From sequence record DRR723986_5317: a stretch of DNA of 20,000 nt. One strand, written 5' to 3'. Below are positions 9,705-17,851 of this stretch, in pieces (position 1 is the stretch's first letter; each line of letters opens with the position of its first letter). The notes beneath the pieces were generated by a model that was not told the origin of the DNA, made no database searches, and saw only the letters and a list, made by a program, of their open reading frames with translations. Position numbers and translations under genes: made by a program.

Positions 9705-11257
9705 ATTTTTCAGAAAAAGATATAAAACAAATAGAACAAAAAGGATTAACACTAAAAGATGTTGAATCACAGATAGCGGTATTTAAATCTGGTATTCCAT
9801 TTTCTAATATTGCAGAAGCAGCTACTAATGAACACGGAATAATTGTTCTAAATGAGGATATTGTAAAACAATCTGTTGAAACCTTCGAAGCAAATAAAAA
9901 CAATTTATCACTGTTGAAATTTGTTCCAGCTTCAGGTGCGGCTACGAGAATGTTTAAGTTCCTTTTTAGGTTTGTAAAAGAATATAACCCAGATAAAGAA
10001 TCCATTAACTCTTACATCAATAAAAACAAACTTAAAGACCTATCCTTATTTTTAGTAGGATTAGAAAAATTTCCTTTTTACAATGAAGTCTTAGAGCATC
10101 TAGAAGAAAAAGGTGTAGACTTTAATGAATTGTCAACGAGCAAAAAGGCGTGGCATTTTGTACATGCCATGTTAGATGAAGAACAACTTAATTTTGGAAA
10201 TTCCCCAAAAGGATTATTGCCATTTCACGAATATAAAAATGATCATATTTCTACTGCATTTGAGGAGCATCTTTATGAAGCCGCACTATATGCAAGTGAT
10301 GATAATAATGCTAAACTTCATTTTACCATTTCAGAAAGATTTAAGGATAAGTTTGATGAAGAGTTTAAGCGTATCGAAGAGCATGTAGAACAGAAAACAG
10401 GTGTCTCCTTTGATATTGACTTCTCATACCAGCATGAATCTACAGATACCATAGCTGTTACACTAAATAATGAACCTTTTAGAGATGATGGTAATTTATT
10501 ATTTAGACCATCTGGGCACGGAGCCTTATTAAAGAATCTCAACAGTCTAGATGCAGATATTATTTTTATTAAAAATATAGATAATGTTGTAGTAAAAAAG
10601 TACAAAGATGAGGTGGCTAAATACAAAAAAGTCTTAGCAGGTATATTACTTCAACTACAATCAAAGGTGTTTAGTTTCTTAAATGAACTTGAAAAGCCTG
10701 ACCTTTCAGAAGAAAAACTAATTGAGATTGCAGAGTTTTTAACTCGAGAATTAAATGTGAAGATTTCACATGAATTTGAAAAGTACTCTGATAAATATAA
10801 AATAGAATACTTACGAGAAAAATTAGACAGACCAATAAGAGTCTGTGGTATGGTTAAAAACGAAGGAGAACCTGGTGGTGGGCCTTTTTGGGTAAAAGAT
10901 CAAAGCTGGAATTTATCATTACAAATAGTAGAGTCTGCTCAAATAAATCAAAAAGACAGGTTTCAAAAGGAAATTTTAATGAATGCCACACATTTTAATC
11001 CGGTAGACTTAGTATGTGGTGTAAAAAACTATAAAGGAGAGAAGTTCAATCTTGAAAATTATATAGATCATAAAGCGGCTTTTATCACTAAAAAAACAAA
11101 AGTTGGTAAAGATTTAAAGGCCTTAGAATTACCTGGTTTGTGGAATGGCAGTATGGCATATTGGAATACTATTTTTGTTGAAGTACCAATTATAACTTTT
11201 AATCCTGTTAAAACAGTAAACGATTTACTTAAAGCACCACATCAAATTAAAACCTAG
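9701..11257 (+). CDS. DUF4301 family protein, probable nucleotidyltransferase
   Basis: KFVPASGAATRMFK, PKGLLPFH, FRPSGHGAL, FIKNIDNV, GEPGGGPFW, THFNPVDLVC, ALELPGLWNGSM and TFNPVKTVNDLL. Confidence 0.85.
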   Translation: MNFSEKDIKQIEQKGLTLKDVESQIAVFKSGIPFSNIAEAATNEHGIIVLNEDIVKQSVETFEANKNNLSLLKFVPASGAATRMFKFLFRFVKEYNPDKESINSYINKNKLKDLSLFLVGLEKFPFYNEVLEHLEEKGVDFNELSTSKKAWHFVHAMLDEEQLNFGNSPKGLLPFHEYKNDHISTAFEEHLYEAALYASDDNNAKLHFTISERFKDKFDEEFKRIEEHVEQKTGVSFDIDFSYQHESTDTIAVTLNNEPFRDDGNLLFRPSGHGALLKNLNSLDADIIFIKNIDNVVVKKYKDEVAKYKKVLAGILLQLQSKVFSFLNELEKPDLSEEKLIEIAEFLTRELNVKISHEFEKYSDKYKIEYLREKLDRPIRVCGMVKNEGEPGGGPFWVKDQSWNLSLQIVESAQINQKDRFQKEILMNATHFNPVDLVCGVKNYKGEKFNLENYIDHKAAFITKKTKVGKDLKALELPGLWNGSMAYWNTIFVEVPIITFNPVKTVNDLLKAPHQIKT

Positions 11258-11661
11258 TGGATATTGATGCGTTAAAATCCGAATTAAGCTTTAAAGCTGT
11301 TAGAAGTTCTGGTAGTGGTGGCCAAAATGTAAATAAGGTAGCGACCAAGGTAGAACTCTACTTTAATATTTCAGAATCTAATGTATTTACTGATGAGCAA
11401 AAAGATAAATTAATTAGAGTTTTAAAAAGTCGAATTAATAAAGACGGTATTTTAATTTTAAGCTCTGGTGAAAGTCGTAGTCAATTTAGAAATAAAACTA
11501 TTGTTACAAACCGATTTATTGAACTTGTTAGAGCAGCATTAAAAGAGGAAAAACCACGTAAAAAAACCAAAGTACCTAAAGCCGTAAAGTTGAAACGTTT
11601 AGAGCAAAAGAAAAAAGCATCTGAAAAGAAGGCAAATAGAAAGCCACCAAAACTCAATTAA
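11257..11661 (+). CDS. arfB: Alternative ribosome-rescue peptidyl-tRNA hydrolase ArfB
   Basis: RSSGSGGQNVNKVATKV (GGQ motif), RSQFRNK and a basic C-terminal tail. GTG start overlaps the upstream TAG. Confidence 0.93.
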   Translation: MDIDALKSELSFKAVRSSGSGGQNVNKVATKVELYFNISESNVFTDEQKDKLIRVLKSRINKDGILILSSGESRSQFRNKTIVTNRFIELVRAALKEEKPRKKTKVPKAVKLKRLEQKKKASEKKANRKPPKLN

Positions 11662-11702
11662 AATATTTCAATTTTCTTTTCATTTCACAAATGATTAGTT
11701 GT

Positions 11703-11710
11703 TATCTTTG
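11703..11710 (+). promoter_or_regulatory. Bacteroidota -7 promoter element for the TPP riboswitch/TonB receptor transcript
   Basis: TATCTTTG(CA) immediately 5' of the aptamer. Confidence 0.7.
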
Positions 11711-11714
11711 CATC

Positions 11715-11791
11715 GTTCTCAAAAAAGGGGTGCCAAAAAGTGGCTGAGATCATACCCATTGAACCTAGAACAGGTAATGCTGTTTAGGAAA
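11715..11791 (+). ncRNA. TPP riboswitch (THI element)
   Basis: GGGGTGCC...GGCTGAGATCATACCCATTGAACCTAGAACAGGTAATGCTGTTTAGGAA carries the GGGG..CTGAGA..ACCC..GAACCT..GTAATGC..AGGA consensus and lies upstream of a TonB receptor. Confidence 0.93.
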
Positions 11792-11893
11792 TAAAAGAAT
11801 TTGTTGCCCTATTTATGCAGCGAGTTCATAATTTATCAATTATTAACCAAGAATAATTACCTCTTTTTATTCGATTATAAACATATAGTCGTA

Positions 11894-14095
11894 ATGAAAT
11901 TTAGTATTCTTAAACTTAAATCTAGTTTCTTTATTTTCTTATTTAGTATCTGTTCAGTTTTTGGGCAGGAAAAACAACAAGATTCAACCAAAGTAGAAAA
12001 GCTAGATGAAGTCTTAGTGAAATCAGTTAGAGTAGATGCAAAATCTCCAATTACACACTCTAATGTATCCAAAGCGGAGTTAGCGAAGCGTAATCTTGGT
12101 CAGGATATACCTATTCTATTAAACTTTTTACCTTCAGTGGTAACAACAACAGATGCTGGAGCTGGAGTGGGTTATACAGGCATAAGGGTTAGAGGTGTAA
12201 GTCCACAGTCAACCAATATTACAATTAATGGTATTCCTTATAACGATGCAGAATCTTTAGGAACATTTTGGGTAAATCTAGGTGATTTTGCGTCGTCGGT
12301 TGAAAGTTTACAATTACAGCGAGGTGTTGGTACCTCTACTAACGGATCTGGTGCGTTTGGGGCAAGTATTAACGTTCTAACAGATGCTGTTTCAAGGGAA
12401 GCTACAGGAGAAATCTCAAATTCGTTTGGAAGTTTTAATACCAGAAAGCATACCGTTAAGTTTAGCACTGGGTTATTAAATGACCATTTTGAAATCGCTG
12501 GTCGTTTATCTAATATATCATCATATGGCTATATAGATAGAGCATCAGCAGATTTAAAATCTTATTTTTTACAAGCCTCTTATGTTAATACTAATACCTT
12601 GATAAAAGCGATTGCTTTTGGTGGTAATGAAGTAACATACCAATCTTGGTATGGCATAGATGGTGAAACATTAAAGAAAGACAGAACTTTCAATTTCGCT
12701 GGTATTTATACCGATGATGACGGGAATACTAGGTTTTATGATAATGAAGTGGATAATTATAGTCAAGATCATTATCAATTACATTGGAATCAGCGTTATG
12801 ACAATAATTGGTCAACAAATCTAGGTCTCAACTATACCTATGGTCGTGGTTATTTTGAGCAATTTAGAGAGGACGATGATTTTTCAACTTATGGATTTGA
12901 AGAACTAAATGTAAATGGTGAAACAGTAAATACTACCGATTTAATCCGCCGTCGCTGGTTAGATAATGACTTTTACGTTGTCAATGCTAGTGTAAATTAT
13001 AAGAATGATGAGATAGACATGATTTTTGGTGGGTCTTATAGTCATTATGATGGTGATCATTTTGGTGAAGTTATATGGGCCGAATTTGCCAGTCAGAGTG
13101 ATATAAGAGATCGATATTACGATGGTAATAGTATAAAGAATGATTTATCGGTTTTCTATAAAGCTAATTACAGGCTCAATGATAAATTGAGTTTATATGG
13201 TGATGTTCAGGTTAGAAATGTAACTTATGAAACTACTGGAACAACTTCGGATTTAGTGCTTTTTGAAGTCGATGAAGAATTTACTTTCTTTAATCCAAAG
13301 GCAGGTATTAGTTTTGAACTCAATGATGCAAATAATTTTTATTTCTCTTATGCCAGAGCAAATAGAGAACCAAACAGAACCGACTTTGAAAGTAATCCGA
13401 ATATTAAACCAGAAGAATTAAATGATTTTGAGTTAGGTTTGAGGCATAAAAAAGGCAACTTTACTTTTAATGCTAATGCTTACTATATGTTGTATAATCA
13501 GCAATTAGTCTTATCCGGACGATTAGATGATGTAGGTAATCCAATAAGAACAAACAGCGGTGAAAGTTATCGTTTAGGTATAGAGTTAGAAGCAATTATA
13601 CCTGTAACTCCAAAACTTACGCTTCAACCTAACATGACTTTAAGTTCAAACAAAAATAGAGCGACTAAAATATTCAGAGATGGTTCTCCAGATCCTATAA
13701 ATTTAGGAAAAACAGATATTTCATTCTCACCAGACTTGGTTGCAGCAAATGCTATAGTATTTCAACCAATAAAAAATCTGCAAATGTCACTATTAAGTAA
13801 ATTTGTAGGTGAACAGTATATGAGTAATACTGAAGCAAAATTATCAAAATTAGATAGCTTTTTTGTAAATGATTTTAACATTACTTACACCTTAAAAACC
13901 ACATCTATTTTTGATTCAATTGTTTTTAGCGGATTGGTAAATAACATATTTAATGAGAAGTATGTATCTAATGGATACTATTTTACCTTTGATGATGATT
14001 TCTCAAATCCAGGAACTATAACTACTGTAGAAGGAGCAGGATTTTATCCGCAGGCAACTACTAACTTTTTAGTAGGAGTTACACTGAATTTCTAG
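11894..14095 (+). CDS. TonB-dependent outer-membrane receptor, probably for thiamine
   Basis: Signal peptide, TonB-box-like LDEVLV, plug (GQDIP...DAGAGVGYTGIRVRG...QRGVGTSTNGSGAFGASIN) and C-terminal Phe (VTLNF). TPP riboswitch upstream. Start moved to ATG 11894. Confidence 0.9.
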   Translation: MKFSILKLKSSFFIFLFSICSVFGQEKQQDSTKVEKLDEVLVKSVRVDAKSPITHSNVSKAELAKRNLGQDIPILLNFLPSVVTTTDAGAGVGYTGIRVRGVSPQSTNITINGIPYNDAESLGTFWVNLGDFASSVESLQLQRGVGTSTNGSGAFGASINVLTDAVSREATGEISNSFGSFNTRKHTVKFSTGLLNDHFEIAGRLSNISSYGYIDRASADLKSYFLQASYVNTNTLIKAIAFGGNEVTYQSWYGIDGETLKKDRTFNFAGIYTDDDGNTRFYDNEVDNYSQDHYQLHWNQRYDNNWSTNLGLNYTYGRGYFEQFREDDDFSTYGFEELNVNGETVNTTDLIRRRWLDNDFYVVNASVNYKNDEIDMIFGGSYSHYDGDHFGEVIWAEFASQSDIRDRYYDGNSIKNDLSVFYKANYRLNDKLSLYGDVQVRNVTYETTGTTSDLVLFEVDEEFTFFNPKAGISFELNDANNFYFSYARANREPNRTDFESNPNIKPEELNDFELGLRHKKGNFTFNANAYYMLYNQQLVLSGRLDDVGNPIRTNSGESYRLGIELEAIIPVTPKLTLQPNMTLSSNKNRATKIFRDGSPDPINLGKTDISFSPDLVAANAIVFQPIKNLQMSLLSKFVGEQYMSNTEAKLSKLDSFFVNDFNITYTLKTTSIFDSIVFSGLVNNIFNEKYVSNGYYFTFDDDFSNPGTITTVEGAGFYPQATTNFLVGVTLNF

Positions 14096-14523
14096 TTGCT
14101 AATCACATAGGTGTTATCACCAATAAAATCAACCCTGTATGGCTTTAGTGTGCAGGGTTGATTAGTTTCACTAACTAATTGACCAGACACAAGACTATAT
14201 TCATTACCATCACCACAACCGCATACACCATTTAATCCCTCTATGGTCAGTGCAGAACATGCAGATGGTGCATGATTTGGATCAGCTCCGTCCCACGCAA
14301 CAAGAGTCGAAGAGTTTACTCTGACTAAAATTATACCTTCATTCCCAAATCCTTCTAATCGAACTGCATTAACTGGAAATTGTAATTGATTAAACTGTGG
14401 TAAGTTTAAATTAACTGTGGCATTAACACCAACATTAAGCAAGAAGTTACAATTGTTGTTATTTCTGTCTTTACTACAGGAGAAAATAACAAAACAAAAA
14501 AGCAGCGAAAGCAATTTTTTCAT
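14092..14523 (-). CDS. Lipoprotein with a degenerate Rieske-like domain
   Basis: Lipobox-like IFSC at Cys16. AWDGADPNH...C...CGCGDG.EYSLVSG...LKPYRV follows the Rieske-fold layout. Confidence 0.6.
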   Translation of the reverse strand: MKKLLSLLFCFVIFSCSKDRNNNNCNFLLNVGVNATVNLNLPQFNQLQFPVNAVRLEGFGNEGIILVRVNSSTLVAWDGADPNHAPSACSALTIEGLNGVCGCGDGNEYSLVSGQLVSETNQPCTLKPYRVDFIGDNTYVISN

Positions 14524-14578
14524 GAGTGAATTTTAATGGGCAATTTACAATTATTTCAAGTATACCGTAAATATTTTA

Positions 14579-14586
14579 TATATTTG
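14579..14586 (+). promoter_or_regulatory. Bacteroidota -7 promoter element for greA
   Basis: TATATTTG(CA), about 100 nt upstream of the greA ATG. Confidence 0.65.
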
Positions 14587-14592
14587 CATTGT

Positions 14593-14620
14593 AATCTCGT
14601 CTCTGCGAGATTTTTTATTT
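14593..14620 (+). terminator. Terminator-like hairpin in the greA leader
   Basis: AATCTCG-TCTCTG-CGAGATT followed by TTTTATTT. Confidence 0.5.
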
Positions 14621-14689
14621 AGTCCCGAACTTGTTTCGGGCTATTTTGAATATAGCAAGCAGAGATTACATAGAATAAACGAAAGAATT

Positions 14690-15163
14690 ATGGGTAAAGT
14701 ATCTTACTACACGGCAGAAGGATTAAAAAAATTAAGAGAAGAATTAAATCATCTAAAAGATGTGGAACGTCCAAAAGCCTCACAGGCTATTGCTGAGGCA
14801 AGAGACAAAGGTGATTTAAGTGAAAATGCGGAGTATGATGCAGCTAAAGAGGCTCAGGGAATGTTAGAAATGAAAATTTCTAAAATGGAAGAAACACTTG
14901 CAAATGCACGTGTTATAGATGAGTCTCAGTTAGATACATCTAAAGTATTGGCATTATCTATTGTTAAAATTAAAAATCAAACCAATGGTATGGAAATGAC
15001 ATATACGTTGGTGGCAGAAAGTGAAGCCGACTTGGCAGCAGGTAAAATATCGGTAAACTCGCCAATAGGTAAAGGATTACTTGGTAAGTCGGTAGGTGAT
15101 ACTGCTGAAATCCAAGTGCCAAACGGTATTATGAAGTTTGATATTTTAGAGATTTCTAGATAA
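14690..15163 (+). CDS. greA: Transcription elongation factor GreA
   Basis: EARDKGDLSENAEYDAAKEAQ and ISVNSPIGKGLLGK. Confidence 0.97.
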   Translation: MGKVSYYTAEGLKKLREELNHLKDVERPKASQAIAEARDKGDLSENAEYDAAKEAQGMLEMKISKMEETLANARVIDESQLDTSKVLALSIVKIKNQTNGMEMTYTLVAESEADLAAGKISVNSPIGKGLLGKSVGDTAEIQVPNGIMKFDILEISR

Positions 15164-15206
15164 GAATTAATTGAGATAACTTAAATCTCGTATCATATTA
15201 TAATTT

Positions 15207-15234
15207 AAAGATTCCTTTCTCAAGGAATCTTTTT
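15207..15234 (+). terminator. Intrinsic terminator after greA
   Basis: AAAGATTCCTT-TCTC-AAGGAATCTTT is a perfect 11-bp stem ending in a T run. Confidence 0.7.
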
Positions 15235-15259
15235 ATCTTTATAAGATATTCATTAATCC

Positions 15260-15649
15260 ATGGCTACACTATTTACAAAAATTATTAATGGCGATATTCC
15301 ATCGCATAAAGTGGCTGAAACTGAAGATTTTTATGCCTTTTTAGATATTAATCCAAATGCTAAAGGTCATACACTTTGTATTACCAAAAAGGAAGTTGAT
15401 AAAATCTTTGATTTAGATGAAGAGACCTATACGGCGCTGATGCAATTTTCGAGACGTGTTGCAATAGCTATAGAAAAAGCTGTGCCTTGTGAACGCGTAG
15501 GAATGTCAGTTATAGGCTTAGAAGTTCCGCATGTACATGTGCACCTAATTCCTTTGCATACAATGGAAAATGCTCGTTTTACTCACAAGGAAAAGTTACA
15601 GCCAGAAGAGTTTGAAGCCATAGCTTCTGCAATTGCTTCAAACTTTTAA
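15260..15649 (+). CDS. HIT (histidine triad) family protein
   Basis: LFTKIINGDIP, AFLDINP..GHTL and the HIT motif HVHVH. Confidence 0.93.
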   Translation: MATLFTKIINGDIPSHKVAETEDFYAFLDINPNAKGHTLCITKKEVDKIFDLDEETYTALMQFSRRVAIAIEKAVPCERVGMSVIGLEVPHVHVHLIPLHTMENARFTHKEKLQPEEFEAIASAIASNF

Positions 15650-15654
15650 AGGAT

Positions 15655-16815
15655 TTAAACGGTTTTTAGCATTATTTGTAGTGTTGTCCCCTTATCAATT
15701 TCAGAATTAAGGACTTTAATTTTGCCATTATGATAGTCTTCTATAATTCGTTTTGCTAAAGATAACCCAAGTCCCCAACCACGTTTCTTAGTTGTGTATC
15801 CAGGTTCAAAAATTTGAGAATATTGAGTTTTAGACATCCCTTTTCCAGTGTCAGAAATATTAATATAAACAAGCTTTTCTTTTTCAACTAGCTCTAATTT
15901 CAAATCACCTTTACCTTTCATTGCATCAATAGCATTTTTCACCAAATTTTCTATAGTCCAACTGTAGAGTTGCGAGTTGAGATTGGCAAAGATTTCTTTT
16001 TCTGGGATTAAAATTTTAAAATTAATGAGTTTAGATGATCTGGATTTTAAGTAGTCATATGAAAGTTGCGTCACATCCACAATGTTTACGCGCTCTAAGG
16101 TAGGTGCAGAGCCAATTTTACTAAAACGATCTGTGATAGTTTGCAATCTATCAATATCTTTCTCTATTTCAGTGATGTATTCCGGATTTATATTTTCAGA
16201 TTTTAGTATTTCTGTCCAACCAACCAGAGAAGACAATGGAGTACCAATTTGATGTGCTGTTTCCTTTGCCATTCCTGTCCAAAGTTTGTTTTGCTGAGCA
16301 TTTTTTGAGCTTCTATAAAAGAAATAGACTACAGCAGCAAATAGTACAATAATCAAAATTAAAGCGAGTGGATAATACTTTAGCTTATTTAGTAATGGAG
16401 AATTACCATAGTATAGTTTACCAGGTTTATTATCAGGTAAGGTGACTTCAAGCGGCTCGTTTTGAGAAATTAAATTATTTAGAAGATTAATGATAGATTT
16501 TGGACTATCTACAAGGTTACTATCAATGTTTCTAAAATTTATTATTTTATTATTTTCATCAACCAATAGCATAGGTATAGTCACTGTAGTATCCGTAACT
16601 ACTCTGTCTGCTACTTCGTTCATTTCTACATTGTCTTGGTAGAAAAACTTAGAATATTCAGGATAGGCAAAAGTCCAATTCTTCATTTTATTTCGCTCTT
16701 CAGCCTTAAAATTCTGAAAGAAAACATAAGTATTCCATAGAATAAGAGAGATGATAATAAATGAAGATAAAATTATAATCCAACGGATTACATTTCTGTT
16801 TGTGCTAAACGTCAT
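15655..16815 (-). CDS. Membrane sensor histidine kinase
   Basis: Two TM helices, H-box ETAHQIGTPLSSL, N-box ENLVKNAIDA, G1 DTGKG, F-box IFEPGYTTK and G2 GWGLGL. Confidence 0.93.
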   Translation of the reverse strand: MTFSTNRNVIRWIIILSSFIIISLILWNTYVFFQNFKAEERNKMKNWTFAYPEYSKFFYQDNVEMNEVADRVVTDTTVTIPMLLVDENNKIINFRNIDSNLVDSPKSIINLLNNLISQNEPLEVTLPDNKPGKLYYGNSPLLNKLKYYPLALILIIVLFAAVVYFFYRSSKNAQQNKLWTGMAKETAHQIGTPLSSLVGWTEILKSENINPEYITEIEKDIDRLQTITDRFSKIGSAPTLERVNIVDVTQLSYDYLKSRSSKLINFKILIPEKEIFANLNSQLYSWTIENLVKNAIDAMKGKGDLKLELVEKEKLVYINISDTGKGMSKTQYSQIFEPGYTTKKRGWGLGLSLAKRIIEDYHNGKIKVLNSEIDKGTTLQIMLKTV

Positions 16816-16911
16816 TGGTTAGTGCAATTTCTTTCTAAATATAATGGAAAACTGTTAATAATATTGTGCTTCAATGTGGATAAAATACTTTCACTAGCAA
16901 ACCAATATAAT

Positions 16912-16919
16912 TATATTTG
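16912..16919 (+). promoter_or_regulatory. Bacteroidota -7 promoter element for the flavin reductase-DUF3127 unit
   Basis: TATATTTG, 19 nt before ATG 16939. Confidence 0.65.
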
Positions 16920-16938
16920 TTGAAAATCAGATAAGTAC

Positions 16939-17808
16939 ATGATTTCATTAGATCCTAAAGACCTTTCAACAGGTAAATTACATGGCTACCTACTAAGTTC
17001 AGTTGCGCCCAGACCTATTGCATTTGCGAGTACAATTGACCAAGAAGGAAATCCTAATTTATCACCGTTTAGTTTCTTTAATGTATTTAGTGCTAATCCG
17101 CCAATATTAATTTTTTCGCCTGCCAGGCGTGTTAGAGATAATACCACAAAGCACACTTTAGAAAATGTTGAGACAATTAAAGAAGTAGTAATTAATGTGG
17201 TGAATTATGATATTGTTCATCAAATGTCATTAACAAGCACTGAATATCCGGAAGGTGTAAACGAATTTGAAAAGGCAGGTTTAACCATGTTGCCATCAGA
17301 AATGATAAAACCGTTTAGAGTGGTTGAATCACCTGTGCAATTTGAATGTAAAGTGACTGAAGTTGTGCATTTAGGAAAGGAAGGTGGTGCTGGGAACTTA
17401 GTGATTTGTGAAGTCGTTAAACTTCATATATCAGAAGACGTTTTAAATGAAGACCAAACTATTAATCAAGAAGCTTTAGATTTAGTATCAAGAGCAGGTG
17501 GGAGCTATTATAGTAGAGCAAAAGTAGGATTTTTTGAAATTCCAAAACCATTAAGAACTTTGGGAATTGGAGTAGATAACATGCCAGATCATGTTAGAAA
17601 TAGTATGATTTTAACAGGAAACAATATAGGTATGTTGGCAAACGTTGAAGCCTTGCCTGACGAAAAGGAAGTTAATAAATTTGTTAAAGATATTAGTGAA
17701 CGATATCCTGATATTAAAACAGCTTCTCATAGAGAAAAACATAAAATTGCTCAAAATTATTTGAGCTACGGAGACGTAGAAAGTGCATGGAAGTTATTAC
17801 TTTCGTAG
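16939..17808 (+). CDS. Flavin reductase-like (DIM6/NTAB, FMN-binding split barrel) protein with a C-terminal extension
   Basis: VAPRPIAFAST, NLSPFSFFN, KHTLEN, NEFEKAGLT and ESPVQFECKV. Confidence 0.88.
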   Translation: MISLDPKDLSTGKLHGYLLSSVAPRPIAFASTIDQEGNPNLSPFSFFNVFSANPPILIFSPARRVRDNTTKHTLENVETIKEVVINVVNYDIVHQMSLTSTEYPEGVNEFEKAGLTMLPSEMIKPFRVVESPVQFECKVTEVVHLGKEGGAGNLVICEVVKLHISEDVLNEDQTINQEALDLVSRAGGSYYSRAKVGFFEIPKPLRTLGIGVDNMPDHVRNSMILTGNNIGMLANVEALPDEKEVNKFVKDISERYPDIKTASHREKHKIAQNYLSYGDVESAWKLLLS

Positions 17809-17851
17809 CCACAAAAAAATAAATATTTAACTAAATTATAGATTAAGCAAA

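Noticed and set aside
11801-11893. TTG-initiated N-terminal extension of the TonB receptor
   Set aside because: Falls in the riboswitch expression platform. ATG 11894 gives a normal signal peptide.
14092-14095. Convergent stop-codon overlaps (also 410-426 and 19112-19115)
   Set aside because: Common in compact Bacteroidota genomes, with no sign of special function.
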